A DNA stretch of 64,000 nucleotides from Acidimicrobiia bacterium (GTDB taxonomy: Bacteria; Actinomycetota; Acidimicrobiia; Spongiisociales; UBA5794). Positions within the stretch are counted from its first letter, which is position 1, and the number at the start of each line of letters is the position of its first letter. Shown piece by piece: positions 8,717 to 18,133 of the stretch. The DNA lies in assembly GCA_030066265.1 (NCBI GenBank), contig JASJCF010000011.1, positions 883 through 64,882 of the forward strand, in the 5' to 3' direction. The notes beneath the pieces were generated by a model. It saw nothing but the letters and a program-made list of their open reading frames with translations. It made no database searches and had not been told where the DNA came from. The translations under genes were made by a program, and so were the position numbers.

Positions 8717-9367
8717 ATGACGACGGTCCATCTCGTGCGGCACGGCGAGGTCTCCAACCCGAACCACGTGGTCTATGCAGATCTCGATGGCTTCAACCTC
8801 TCGCCGCTCGGCGTGCTCCAGGCGCAGCAGGCAGCGGCAACGTTGGCGCACAGACGCATCGATGCGGTGTTCACCTCGCCCCTTGCACGAGCTCGGCAGA
8901 CGGCCACGGCGATCGCGCGTCCGCACGAGCTCGCCCCGACGGTCCAGGACGATCTGACCGAGACCCGTCAGTATCCCGGCTGGACCGGCCGCCGCTGGGA
9001 TGAGCTGGACGTGTTGTTTCCCGGCCAGGTGGAGCGGTACCTCGATGATGCCTCGACGCTCACCGACGTCGAGGAATCGCTCGCCGGTGTCGTTGCACGC
9101 GTCGTGGGTGTGATCGAGGCGGGCCGAGCGGCCGGCTTCGGGGAGATCGTCGTCGTGAGCCATCAGGATCCCACCCAAGCGGCGCGTCTCGCGATGACCG
9201 GGGGAAGCCTGTCCGACCTGCGCACCGATCCGCCGCCCCACTGCGCCGTGATCACGCTGTCGCGCTCGCAGTCCGGTGACTGGACGGAATCGAGCATGTG
9301 GGCTCCCGGCCCCGATGACGTCGCCACGCATCGCCGTCGGTGGCCCCCGCGCAGCTCGGGCGGATAG
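8717..9367 (+). CDS. Histidine phosphatase (phosphoglycerate mutase family)
   Basis: 'VHLVRHGEVSNPNHVVYA...SPLGVLQAQQAAATL...VFTSPLARARQTA' contains the RHG catalytic motif and the conserved second motif. The start was chosen at ATG 8717 (MTTVHLVRHGE), not at the longer track ORF. Confidence 0.75.
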   Translation: MTTVHLVRHGEVSNPNHVVYADLDGFNLSPLGVLQAQQAAATLAHRRIDAVFTSPLARARQTATAIARPHELAPTVQDDLTETRQYPGWTGRRWDELDVLFPGQVERYLDDASTLTDVEESLAGVVARVVGVIEAGRAAGFGEIVVVSHQDPTQAARLAMTGGSLSDLRTDPPPHCAVITLSRSQSGDWTESSMWAPGPDDVATHRRRWPPRSSGG

Positions 9368-9412
9368 CGCCGGCCGCAACTACACTCGCCAGCGCTCCAC
9401 CGAGGAGGTCCC

Positions 9413-9844
9413 GTGGGTAGGCGAACACTGATCCAGAGCACCGTGCTGATCGTGGTCGTGTTCGCCGTCATGCTCGCCGTCGGGACGCTCATCAGCAGCG
9501 AGCCGTCAGAAGCCACCCAGGCATCGGGACGTGTGCCCACGACGACCACGACGACGGAACCGCCCCCCGAAGGCGTCGTCATCGTGCGCATCAACAACGG
9601 CGTGTTCAGTCCCGCCAACCTCGCCATGGATCTCGAGGTCACCCAAACGATTCGCTGGGTCAACGAGGACGACCGCGAGTACATCATCTTGGCCAACGGC
9701 GGGGCGTTCGAATCGCCGCCCTTGGCGAAGGGCGACGAGTTCGAGTTCGATTTCTCGACGCTGGAACCCGCCATCCATCGCTACAACGCCCTCGTCGGCT
9801 TTGCGCGAGTCCCCGGCTCCGTCGACACTCGACCGGAGCAGTAG
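9413..9844 (+). CDS. Secreted hypothetical protein with a cupredoxin-like beta-sandwich pattern (no Cu ligand Cys)
   Basis: N-terminal signal/TM 'LIVVVFAVMLAVGTLI', then a poly-Thr/Pro linker. 'VVIVRINNGVFSPANLAMDLEVTQTIRWVNEDDREYIIL...GDEFEFDF...IHRYNALVGF' resembles the cupredoxin-like domain (PF13473-like) but lacks Cys. GTG start is 5 nt after GAGGAGG. Confidence 0.45.
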   Translation: MGRRTLIQSTVLIVVVFAVMLAVGTLISSEPSEATQASGRVPTTTTTTEPPPEGVVIVRINNGVFSPANLAMDLEVTQTIRWVNEDDREYIILANGGAFESPPLAKGDEFEFDFSTLEPAIHRYNALVGFARVPGSVDTRPEQ

Positions 9845-9852
9845 CGCCAGGC

Positions 9853-10545
9853 GTGCGGAACGTCGCCGTATCCATCGGAGCTGCAGGCATGGTCAGCGTC
9901 ACGCTGAGCTCGCTCTCGCTCGTTGCCGACCCTGAGCCGATCGACCCTGGTGCTGCCGCGATGATTGCGTTCGGCCTCATGGTCGCGGCCGTCACGTGCC
10001 TCTCGGGCCTGCTCCTCGCACGGGCACCGTGGGGCCGCTGGGGCCTCGCCGCCGTGGTCGTCCTCGCAATGGGGCTGGCGTCAGTGAGCAACTCGTGGCT
10101 CGTATGGCTGGCCTATGCCGTGGGCGCCGGCGCCTTGGTCGGCCTCCTCGGGCCGTGGCTGCGCCTGTGGACGCGACACCGACCGGCCGTGGAATCGCCA
10201 GGACCGGTCTCGGTCAGCCTCATGGCCGTGGCCGCAAGTGCGCCGCTGGTCATCGGGCTCACCGCGGCCGCGGGCATCCACTGGTCCCATTGGCTGCTCA
10301 TGATCGTGGCCGTCATCTCGTCGGTGACGTACGCACAGGGGACCCGCATCGGCTTGTGGGGGCTGCGTGTCGCAGTGCCGATCATCGGTGCCTATGCGTA
10401 TGGGAACACCAACGGCTGGGGCGCAGTGATGCTCGCCGGAGCGGTCGCCGTCGTGACCGTGCTTGCATGGCTTCCCGCCGCCCTGCGAACCACCACGGTC
10501 ATCACCCCGCCCCTTCCGAGTCCCGTTCCGAGGCGACCGACATGA
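9853..10545 (+). CDS. Polytopic integral membrane protein, hypothetical
   Basis: 230 aa, about 7 hydrophobic helices, no recognisable motif. Co-directional and tightly spaced with its neighbours. Confidence 0.5.
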   Translation: MRNVAVSIGAAGMVSVTLSSLSLVADPEPIDPGAAAMIAFGLMVAAVTCLSGLLLARAPWGRWGLAAVVVLAMGLASVSNSWLVWLAYAVGAGALVGLLGPWLRLWTRHRPAVESPGPVSVSLMAVAASAPLVIGLTAAAGIHWSHWLLMIVAVISSVTYAQGTRIGLWGLRVAVPIIGAYAYGNTNGWGAVMLAGAVAVVTVLAWLPAALRTTTVITPPLPSPVPRRPT

Positions 10546-10955
10546 CTCGACCGGGCGACATCGCCGCAACGGTGACATGCGTGATCTTCGGTGGCATCAC
10601 GGGCTTCCTTCTCGCCGGCACGGCGACGGCAGTCATCTTCGCTGCGATCGGAGGGGGCGTGGGTGTGATCGCCGCCAGAGCGAACGTACGCCCTGCGATC
10701 ACAGCCACGGTGTTCGTCGGGGCCATGGCCGGTGCGCTCGTCGGGGCGAGCATCGTCGAGACATTGTGTCTCCCGGGATCATGCGTGCCCTTGGAGATCT
10801 CCGCTGCGGTCATCGTGGGGATCGCGGCGTTCATCGGCGTCGGATTGGTCGCCGCCCTGGTGACCCGGTCCTTCGACGAGTACAACGAACATGTCGATAC
10901 AGGCCGCGAACCCCCGGAACCGGGCTGTGAGTCCGAACCGGAACCGGAGGACTGA
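10542..10955 (+). CDS. Small membrane protein (about 3 TM) with an acidic EPEPE C-terminal tail
   Basis: ATG at 10542 overlaps the upstream stop (ATGA). Gly/Ala-rich TM helices. C-terminus 'REPPEPGCESEPEPED'. Confidence 0.5.
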   Translation: MTRPGDIAATVTCVIFGGITGFLLAGTATAVIFAAIGGGVGVIAARANVRPAITATVFVGAMAGALVGASIVETLCLPGSCVPLEISAAVIVGIAAFIGVGLVAALVTRSFDEYNEHVDTGREPPEPGCESEPEPED

Positions 10956-10968
10956 TCCGGTCCCGGCG

Positions 10969-12219
10969 TCAGTCGTCGACCGATCCGAAGACCAGCGAAA
11001 CGTTGTGCCCGCCAAAGCCGAAGCTGTTCGACATGACGGTCCGGACTGGCATCTGTCTCGCCTCGTTCGGCACGTAGTCGAGGTCGCACTCGGGATCCGG
11101 CGTCTCGTAGTTGATCGTCGGCGGCACCACGCCATCGCGGATCGCCAGCAGCGAGGCGAGTCCTTCGATTGCACCTGCGGCGCCGAGGAGATGTCCTGTC
11201 ATCGACTTGGTGGACGAGATGGCGAGATCACCGGCTGCATCGCCGAAGGTGGTCTTGATGGCGGCCGTCTCGGTGGCGTCGTTGGCGGGGGTCGAGGTGC
11301 CGTGAGCGTTGATGTAGTCGAGGTCCTGGGGAGCCAGGCCTGCGTCGTCCAACGCAGCCGACATCGCGCGGGCGGCGCCGGATCCACCGGGACGCGGCAG
11401 CGTGATGTGGTAGCCATCCGCCGACATCCCGTACCCGATGAGCTCGCCGTAGATCCTGGCCCCTCGGGCCTTCGCGTGCTCGTATTCCTCGAGGATCATC
11501 ACCGCCGCCCCCTCGCCCATGACGAAGCCATCCCGGGTGGCATCGAAGGGTCGGGAAGCGCCCGCGGGATCGTCGTTGCGCGTGCTCAAGGCGCGCGCCT
11601 GGGCGAAGCCCCCGACGGCGAATCGAGTGATGCTGGCCTCTCCTCCTCCGGCGACCATCACATCGGCAGCGCCACGCTTGATGACCTCGGCTGCGTCCCC
11701 GATGGCATTGGCCGACGCGGCACACGCCGTCACCACCGTGCTGTTGGGCCCATAGAGGTTGAAGTCGATGGATGCGAGGCCCCCGGCCATGTTCGAGATG
11801 ATCATGGCGATGCCGGTCGGTGCCATTCGGCCCGGGCCCCGTTCTCGCAGGATGTCGAACTGTGCTTCGAAGGTCTCGACGCCCCCGATGCCCGTCCCGG
11901 CCAGCACCCCGGCGCGTAACGCCTCGGGATCGTCCTCTTCGTACGAGATCCCGGCATCGTCGAGGGCCTGCTGGGTGGCCACCCAGAAGTACTGCGAGCT
12001 GGTGTCCATGCGTCGGGCCTGCCGCTTCGGCATGTATTGCTCGACGTCGAAGTCCTTGATCTCCGCAGCGATCCGTGCCGGAATGTCCGAGACATCGACC
12101 TTCTCGATTCGGCTGACACCGCTCGTCCCGGCCAGGATGTTCGACCAGAACGTGTCGACGTCGGCACCGAGCGCCGAGATCGTGCCGAGCCCCGTCGCAA
12201 CGACGCGACGTTCCTCCAT
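10969..12219 (-). CDS. fabF: 3-oxoacyl-[ACP] synthase II (KAS II)
   Basis: 416 aa. 'RRVVATGLGTISALG' N-terminus and active-site Cys context 'NSTVVTACAASANAIG'. The His-His pair lies in 'HITLP...INAHGTST'. Confidence 0.9.
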   Translation of the reverse strand: MEERRVVATGLGTISALGADVDTFWSNILAGTSGVSRIEKVDVSDIPARIAAEIKDFDVEQYMPKRQARRMDTSSQYFWVATQQALDDAGISYEEDDPEALRAGVLAGTGIGGVETFEAQFDILRERGPGRMAPTGIAMIISNMAGGLASIDFNLYGPNSTVVTACAASANAIGDAAEVIKRGAADVMVAGGGEASITRFAVGGFAQARALSTRNDDPAGASRPFDATRDGFVMGEGAAVMILEEYEHAKARGARIYGELIGYGMSADGYHITLPRPGGSGAARAMSAALDDAGLAPQDLDYINAHGTSTPANDATETAAIKTTFGDAAGDLAISSTKSMTGHLLGAAGAIEGLASLLAIRDGVVPPTINYETPDPECDLDYVPNEARQMPVRTVMSNSFGFGGHNVSLVFGSVDD

Positions 12220-12226
12220 GATGCGG

Positions 12227-12472
12227 CTAGCCGTTGATCTTGCTGTCGACGAGATCGACGGCCTCGCCGACCGTCGTCAGCTGCTCGGCTTCCTCATCGG
12301 GGATCTGGACACCGAAGTTGTCCTCGAGCGCCATCAGGAGCTCCACGACGCCGAGCGAGTCGACCTCGAGGTCTTCTTCAAAGCGCGACTCCATCGTGAT
12401 CTTGTCTTCGTCGAGCCCGAGCTCTTCGACGAGCAACTCGGTCATCTTCGACTGGATTTCGGACTTGTCCAT
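12227..12472 (-). CDS. acpP: Acyl carrier protein
   Basis: 81 aa. 'LEVDSLGVVELLMALEDNFGVQIPDEEAE' carries the DSL phosphopantetheine attachment motif. The start was chosen at the internal ATG (MDKSEIQSKMTELL). Confidence 0.9.
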   Translation of the reverse strand: MDKSEIQSKMTELLVEELGLDEDKITMESRFEEDLEVDSLGVVELLMALEDNFGVQIPDEEAEQLTTVGEAVDLVDSKING

Positions 12473-12491
12473 GGATGCTTCTCTCCTGGTG

Positions 12492-13226
12492 TCAGAGTGC
12501 CAGCCCGCCGTCCACGACGAAGGTCTGACCGGTGATGTACGAGGCACCGTCTGAGGCAAGATAGCCAACGAGCGATGCCACTTCCTCTGGGGTGCCGAGG
12601 CGCCCGACGGCGACTTGCTCCGCCACACGTGCGGTCACGTCGCCACCGAGTGCGTCGGTCATGTCGGTGGCGATGAACCCGGGAGCAACGGCGTTCACCG
12701 TGACACCCCGCGAGCCCACCTCCCGTGCGAGGGACTTGGTGAAGCCGATGATGCCGGCCTTCGATGCCGCGTAGTTCGCCTGGCCGGGGTTCCCTGCGAT
12801 GCCCGACACCGAGCTGATGTTGATGATGCGGCCCGCCTTGGCTCTGAGCATGGAACGCAGCGCCGCCTTCGAGCACAAGAACACAGAGCGCAGGTTGGTG
12901 GCGATGACCCGATCCCATTGCTCGGGGCTCATGCGCAAGAGCAGGCCGTCGTCGGTGACGCCGGCGTTGTTCACGAGGACCGTGACGGGTCCCAGTTGAT
13001 CCGAGACGGTTTCGAACATCGACGCAACGGCGTCCTCGTCTGCGACGTCCGCTCCCACCGCGATCGCGGTGCCGCCCGCGGCCCGAATGGCATCCGCGAC
13101 CTCTTCGGCCTTGGCTGCGCTTGCCGCGTAGTTCACGGCAACTGCCGCACCCGAGGCTCCCAGCTCGATGGCGATCGCTCGCCCGATGCCTCGCGATCCG
13201 CCCGTGACGAGTGCAACCGACTCCAT
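12492..13226 (-). CDS. fabG: 3-oxoacyl-[ACP] reductase (SDR)
   Basis: 244 aa. 'ALVTGGSRGIGRAIA' Rossmann motif, 'NNAG', and catalytic 'S...YAASKAG'. The start ATG overlaps the fabH stop by 1 nt (TGATG). The long track ORF 12492..14189 is fabH read in another frame. Confidence 0.85.
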   Translation of the reverse strand: MESVALVTGGSRGIGRAIAIELGASGAAVAVNYAASAAKAEEVADAIRAAGGTAIAVGADVADEDAVASMFETVSDQLGPVTVLVNNAGVTDDGLLLRMSPEQWDRVIATNLRSVFLCSKAALRSMLRAKAGRIINISSVSGIAGNPGQANYAASKAGIIGFTKSLAREVGSRGVTVNAVAPGFIATDMTDALGGDVTARVAEQVAVGRLGTPEEVASLVGYLASDGASYITGQTFVVDGGLAL

Positions 13227-14284
13227 CAGGCCAGCGCGTCCTGCTTGGACAACACGATGTCGAGAGCGGACTGGGAGGGCTGCTCGAGCTCGTCGTCGAT
13301 GACCGCCACCGGGTCGGCTCGGTCGCCCCACTCGTACGCTGCTGCGCCCCAAGTGAGGCCAGCGCCGAATGCAGCGAACACCACTTTCGACCCGGGCTTG
13401 ACAACGCCCTCGTCGAGGGCCTCCGCGAGGGCCATGGGGATCGTCGCCGCCGAGGTGTTCCCGTACTTGTGGATGTTGACGTAGACCTTGTCCTCGCTCG
13501 CACCGATGCGACGCCGCACGGCGTCGATGATTCGCGCATTGGCTTGATGTGGGATCAACAGATCGATGTCGTCGAGTTCCCAGCCCGCCTCGGCCGCCAT
13601 CGCCACCGTCTCCTCGCCCATCTTCGTGACAGCGCCCTTGAAGATCTCCTGGCCGTCCATGACGACCCGTGGGAGCTCTCCGGAGCCGATGAACTCCGTC
13701 CCGAGACCGGTTGCCGTGAGCGCCGGCGCCCCGCGGCCGTCCGCACCGACGTGGATCGCCTTGAGTCCGGCATCGCCCTCCGTCGCCTCCACCACGACGG
13801 CGCCCGCACCATCGCCGAAGAGCACGGCCGTTGCTCGCTCGTCGAGGCTGAGGTACGAGGAGATCTGCTCTGCGCCGATGAGGAGGATGCGGCCGGCTGT
13901 GCCGGTCGCGATGAGCCCATTCGCCATCGAGAGCCCGTAGATGAACCCGGTGCATCCGGCGTTGATGTCCGCTGCAGCGGCATGGAACGCCCCGAGATTC
14001 GCCTGCACGATGCAGGCCATGGCCGGGATCTGACGATCCGGCGTGCAGGTCGCAACGAGGATGTAGTCGATCTCGTCCGCGGTGAGCCCCGCAGCGGCGA
14101 GTGCGCGCTTCGCCGCGAGGGTGGCGACGTCCGAGTTCTTGACATGCGAGACACGGCGCTCCTTGATGCCCGAGCGCGAGGAGATCCACTCGTCGGTGGT
14201 ATCGATGACGGAAGCCAGGTCATCGTTCGTCATGGTCGGCTGGGGCACACTCATGCCCCAGCCCGTGATCAGCGCATGCTTCAT
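13226..14284 (-). CDS. fabH: 3-oxoacyl-[ACP] synthase III (KAS III)
   Basis: 'TSDEWISSRSGIKERR', active-site 'GCTGFIYGL', and 'HQANARII...NTSAATIP' (Cys-His-Asn triad). It has an unusual roughly 30-aa C-terminal extension. Confidence 0.9.
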   Translation of the reverse strand: MKHALITGWGMSVPQPTMTNDDLASVIDTTDEWISSRSGIKERRVSHVKNSDVATLAAKRALAAAGLTADEIDYILVATCTPDRQIPAMACIVQANLGAFHAAAADINAGCTGFIYGLSMANGLIATGTAGRILLIGAEQISSYLSLDERATAVLFGDGAGAVVVEATEGDAGLKAIHVGADGRGAPALTATGLGTEFIGSGELPRVVMDGQEIFKGAVTKMGEETVAMAAEAGWELDDIDLLIPHQANARIIDAVRRRIGASEDKVYVNIHKYGNTSAATIPMALAEALDEGVVKPGSKVVFAAFGAGLTWGAAAYEWGDRADPVAVIDDELEQPSQSALDIVLSKQDALA

Positions 14285-14303
14285 GTCACACCTTCCCGGG
14301 CCA

Positions 14304-15221
14304 TCATACGGACAGCTCCTCGGCGACGGTCCTCGCCTCGAGCAGGCTGGACACGACGAATACCTGCGACCCCTTGACCGTCCGTCTTGCGAGGCCCGCC
14401 GTGACGTCTCCCGGTCCGACGTGGACGAACGTGTTCACACCGCCCGCCGCCATGTTGGCGAGCGTCTCGGAGAACCTCACGGGTGCCGTCAACTGCGCCG
14501 ACAGGGTGGCTCCGGGATCGTGGGTGCTCGCCGCTGTGGCGTTGGCGAACACGGTGACTGAGGGCTCCGACATCTCCGTCTCGTCGATCGCTCTGTCCAG
14601 ACGCTCAGCTGCCGACTGCATGAATGGGGAGTGGAACCCGCCCGCAACGTCGAGCGGGACGACCCGACGGATGCCCAGGGAGCGACCCTCACCGATCAGC
14701 CAGTCGATGTCGTCTCCGGCGCCGGCCATCACGATCTGACCCGGTGCGTTGAGGTTGGCGACGTAGAGCGAACCGCCGTCGTTGCGCCGAGCAACGGCGA
14801 TCTCGGAGGCCCGTTCATCGTCGACGCCGATGACCGCGGCCATCGTGGAGTCACGCTCGTCCGCCGCTGCAGCCATCGCACGGCCGCGCTCGGCGACCAG
14901 GGACAGCCCATCCTCGTACGAGAACGCACCGGCCGCGGCAAGGGCGGTGTACTCGCCGAGCGAGTGCCCGGCGAATGCGACGGGGTCCACGCCGACGAGC
15001 TCGGCGAACTCGATCCACAACGCATACGAGGTCACGTACAACGCGGGCTGAGCCTTCTCCGTCGATGTGAGCTCCTCCGCCGGCCCGTGGGCGATGAGCG
15101 AGTCGAGATCCCACCCGAGCACCGCACTGGCTTCCTCGAACAGGTCCGTTCGGTCTGCCCGGATGTCCGGACACATGCCCACGGATTGGCTTCCTTGACC
15201 TGGGAAGAGAACGGCGTACAC
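14304..15221 (-). CDS. fabD: Malonyl-CoA:ACP transacylase
   Basis: 'FPGQGSQSVGM' and active-site 'GHSLGEYTALAAAG' are both present. Confidence 0.9.
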   Translation of the reverse strand: MYAVLFPGQGSQSVGMCPDIRADRTDLFEEASAVLGWDLDSLIAHGPAEELTSTEKAQPALYVTSYALWIEFAELVGVDPVAFAGHSLGEYTALAAAGAFSYEDGLSLVAERGRAMAAAADERDSTMAAVIGVDDERASEIAVARRNDGGSLYVANLNAPGQIVMAGAGDDIDWLIGEGRSLGIRRVVPLDVAGGFHSPFMQSAAERLDRAIDETEMSEPSVTVFANATAASTHDPGATLSAQLTAPVRFSETLANMAAGGVNTFVHVGPGDVTAGLARRTVKGSQVFVVSSLLEARTVAEELSV

Positions 15222-15274
15222 GATGGAGCTCTCGTCGGGATCCTGTCTCTGACTTCAGCCGAGCGGCCGACGTT

Positions 15275-16471
15275 TCACGAATCGTCGGGGAATCCGTCGC
15301 TTCGCTCTGCGAGGTACCGCTTGATGTTCCTGGTCGCCTGGGCGATCCGCTGCTCGTTCTCGACCAGGGCGAATCGCACGTGCTCGTCCCCGGATGGCCC
15401 GAACCCGATCCCGGGGCTGACCGCCACTTCGGCGTTGTCGAGGAGGTCGAGCGCGAACTTCAAGCTGCCATGGGAACGGAATGGCTCGGGGATGCGCGCC
15501 CACACGAACATGGTGGCGTGGGGAGTGTCGACCTCCCACCCGGCACGATCCAAGCCGTCGATGAGCACGTCGCGGCGCTTGCGGTACTCGTCGACGACGA
15601 CGTCGATGTAATCGTCGTGCTCGTTGAGGGCGATGATGGATGCGATCTGGATCGGCTGGAACGTCCCGTAGTCCAGGTACGACTTGAGTTGGGCCAGCGC
15701 ACCTACGATCTCGGCATTCCCGACCACGAAGCCGACGCGCCATCCGGCCATCGAGTGCGACTTCGACAAGGTGTAGAGCTCGACAGCCACGTCCTTCGCA
15801 CCCTCGACCTCGAGCAAGGACGGCGGTTGGTAGCCGTCGTACGCGATGTCCGCGTAGGCGAAGTCATGCACGAGCATGACGTCGTTGCGCCTTGCGAAGT
15901 CGACGAGGCGCTCGAAGAACGACCGATCGACGGTCACGGTCGTGGGATTGTGCGGGAACGAGATCACGATGACCCTGGGCTTGGGCCAGGACGTCCGGAA
16001 CGCCGCCGTGAGCCGGTCGAAGAAGTCGGCGTCCGTGGACAGATGCACCCTCCGCACCTCAGCGCCTGCGAGAACGGGGGCGTAGATGTGGATCGGATAG
16101 GAGGGTTCGGGCACCAACGCGACGTCACCCGGCTGGACGAGCGTCCACATCAGGTGCGAGAGCCCCTCTTTCGCCCCGATGGTGTTGATCACCTCGGTGT
16201 CGGGATCGAGCGTCACCCCGTGGGCGCGGGCGTACCGCTCCGCCACGGCACGTCGGAGATTCGGAAGACCGCGCGACGACGAGTACCGGTGGTTCTTCCC
16301 CTGCCGAGCGGCCTCGACGAGCTTGTCGACCACTCCGTCGGGAGAGGGGATGTCCGGGTTGCCGAACCCGAGGTCGATGACATCGACGCCGGCTCTGCGA
16401 GCGGCCGTCTTGCGCTCGTTGACCTCTGCAAACACGTAGGGCGGCAGGTTGTCGATCCGGCGGAACTGCAT
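15275..16471 (-). CDS. PLP-dependent aminotransferase class I/II, alanine aminotransferase AlaC-like
   Basis: 'RIDNLPPYVFAEVNERKTAARRAGVDVIDLGFGNPD' closely parallels the E. coli AlaC N-terminus. The PLP-lysine region is 'YTLSKSHSMAGWRVGF'. Confidence 0.8.
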   Translation of the reverse strand: MQFRRIDNLPPYVFAEVNERKTAARRAGVDVIDLGFGNPDIPSPDGVVDKLVEAARQGKNHRYSSSRGLPNLRRAVAERYARAHGVTLDPDTEVINTIGAKEGLSHLMWTLVQPGDVALVPEPSYPIHIYAPVLAGAEVRRVHLSTDADFFDRLTAAFRTSWPKPRVIVISFPHNPTTVTVDRSFFERLVDFARRNDVMLVHDFAYADIAYDGYQPPSLLEVEGAKDVAVELYTLSKSHSMAGWRVGFVVGNAEIVGALAQLKSYLDYGTFQPIQIASIIALNEHDDYIDVVVDEYRKRRDVLIDGLDRAGWEVDTPHATMFVWARIPEPFRSHGSLKFALDLLDNAEVAVSPGIGFGPSGDEHVRFALVENEQRIAQATRNIKRYLAERSDGFPDDS

Positions 16472-16548
16472 CCCTCAACGATAGGCCGAGATCGTCCCCC
16501 ACCGACCTATTCGAGGCCGGGCTGTCTACGGCCGGCCCATTCGGCGGC

Positions 16549-16971
16549 TCATCTCGGGAGGATTCGCGCGACGACGCCGGGAACGATCTCGGCTCCCCAG
16601 CCGAACGCGCTCCGTACCAGGTCGAGGCCGTCGACCGATCCGTCCCAGTGCTCCCGCACGATCGCCTCGTCCACACTCCGCAGCAGATGGTCCACGGCCA
16701 GAGACAACAGGATGACGTCGTCGAGGTGGCCGAGCCCGATGACGAAGTCCGGGATGAGATCGATGGGTGACACCGCATAGGCGAGCACGGCGCCCAGGAA
16801 CACCTTGCGCCTCGTGGACACCCTGGGGTCCGCCAGCAGTCGAAGCAACAACGTCACCACGTTCGGGATCAGCAGGGCGACCTCGAGGGCGATGTCGGAC
16901 CACGTTCGTCGCCCGACCGGGTCCGTGTCGTCGATGGCGACGAAGCCGGCCGCCGACTCGTCACGAGCCAT
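16549..16971 (-). CDS. DUF1232 (YkvA-like) membrane protein
   Basis: 'RKVFLGAVLAYAVSPIDLIPDFVIGLGHLDDVILLSLAV' is the DUF1232 core. ATG 16971 is preceded by GGGGAGGTGAGG. The upstream 160 codons of the track ORF are rejected. Confidence 0.6.
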   Translation of the reverse strand: MARDESAAGFVAIDDTDPVGRRTWSDIALEVALLIPNVVTLLLRLLADPRVSTRRKVFLGAVLAYAVSPIDLIPDFVIGLGHLDDVILLSLAVDHLLRSVDEAIVREHWDGSVDGLDLVRSAFGWGAEIVPGVVARILPR

Positions 16972-17920
16972 CCTCACCTCCCCCGGCAGCGTACATCGCA
17001 GCCCCGACCGCGCCGGCCGCAGCACCGAGTTGGGCGACTTGGATCGCCGGGGGCACCCGATAGCTGGCTCCGTGGAGCGCATCGGCGAAACTCCGTCTCG
17101 CCGGGCCGAGCAACGACTCACCGACGGAGCCCAGGCCTCCGCCGACCACGATGAGATCGGGATCCATGATGGCGGCGAGATCGGCGAGGCCGAGACCAAA
17201 CGCTCTCCCGACCTCGGCGACCAGCGACCGTGCTGTCTCTTCACCTCGATCCGCAGCGGCGACGACGGAAGCACCGGTGACATCATCGGCTCCCTCGAGT
17301 GCGACGGCGAGCGAGGAATTCGGATTCGCGGCGATGACTTCCCTGGCGAGACGCTCGAGGGCCGGTCCGGAGGCGACGGTCTCCCAGCACCCTCGCTTCC
17401 CGCAGTCGCACAACAGGGTGCTCTCCGGGACCTTGGTGTGCCCCCACTCACCTGCGAACCCACTCCCCCGGTAGATGGACCCGTCGATGGCGATCGCTCC
17501 CCCGATCCCCGTGCCGAGGGTGACCATCACGACGTTCCGATATCCCTGCGCGGCTCCCGTGGTCAATTCGGCGTGGAGGGCGGTGTTGGCATCGTTGTCG
17601 ACGTACGTGGGGAGCCCGAACCGCTCTTCGATGTCGTTCCCCACCGGCAGATCCGTTCCCCGAACGTGCGGTCCCCAGACGAATCGACGATCCGGGACCG
17701 AGACGAGACCGGCGATGCCGACGCCGATGACCGTCTCGGATCCGTTGGCGACCCGACGAACGGCGTCTCCGATCGCCTCGACGGTGGACACGCGACTGCC
17801 GTGCTCGACGCGTGACTCCTCCGCAATCGCCTCTCCTTCGAGGCGCACGGCGTACGACTTGGTTCCGCCGATGTCGATACCGATCGCTGACATGCTGGCT
17901 GCGAGCGTATCAGTGCCCAC
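16961..17920 (-). CDS. ROK-family sugar kinase (glucokinase-like)
   Basis: 'IGIDIGGTK' ATP motif and the ROK zinc motif 'CDCGKRGCWET'. The start is either GTG 17920 or ATG 17893 (MSAIGIDIGGTK). Confidence 0.8.
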   Translation of the reverse strand: MGTDTLAASMSAIGIDIGGTKSYAVRLEGEAIAEESRVEHGSRVSTVEAIGDAVRRVANGSETVIGVGIAGLVSVPDRRFVWGPHVRGTDLPVGNDIEERFGLPTYVDNDANTALHAELTTGAAQGYRNVVMVTLGTGIGGAIAIDGSIYRGSGFAGEWGHTKVPESTLLCDCGKRGCWETVASGPALERLAREVIAANPNSSLAVALEGADDVTGASVVAAADRGEETARSLVAEVGRAFGLGLADLAAIMDPDLIVVGGGLGSVGESLLGPARRSFADALHGASYRVPPAIQVAQLGAAAGAVGAAMYAAGGGEDGS

Positions 17921-17950
17921 AGCGGTGCCGGCCTCGAGGTCAGGCCGCCG

Positions 17951-18133
17951 TCACTCCACCGGGACGTGTTGCGGCCGGTGCTCGTCGTCGGGACCCTCTT
18001 CGGGTCGGATGGTTCTCGTCACTCCGGTGACGATCGCACCGAGACCCGCCGCAACCTCGAAGGCGGCTCGTGCGAAGTGCAGGGTCGCCTCCCTGGTGCC
18101 CCGAATGATCGGATCGATGGGTGTCTCGCTCAT
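17951..18133 (-). CDS. Small hypothetical protein (60 aa), low confidence
   Basis: The ATG overlaps the ArsA-like stop (ATGA), suggesting translational coupling. 'MSETPIDPIIRGTREATLHFARAAFEVAAGLGAIVTG'. No domain assigned. Confidence 0.3.
   Translation of the reverse strand: MSETPIDPIIRGTREATLHFARAAFEVAAGLGAIVTGVTRTIRPEEGPDDEHRPQHVPVE

Noticed and set aside
12492-14189. 565-aa track ORF
   Set aside because: It is a chimera. Its C-terminal 244 aa are fabG, but the N-terminal 320 aa are the fabH region read in a wrong frame. The real genes are 12492..13226 (fabG) and 13226..14284 (fabH).
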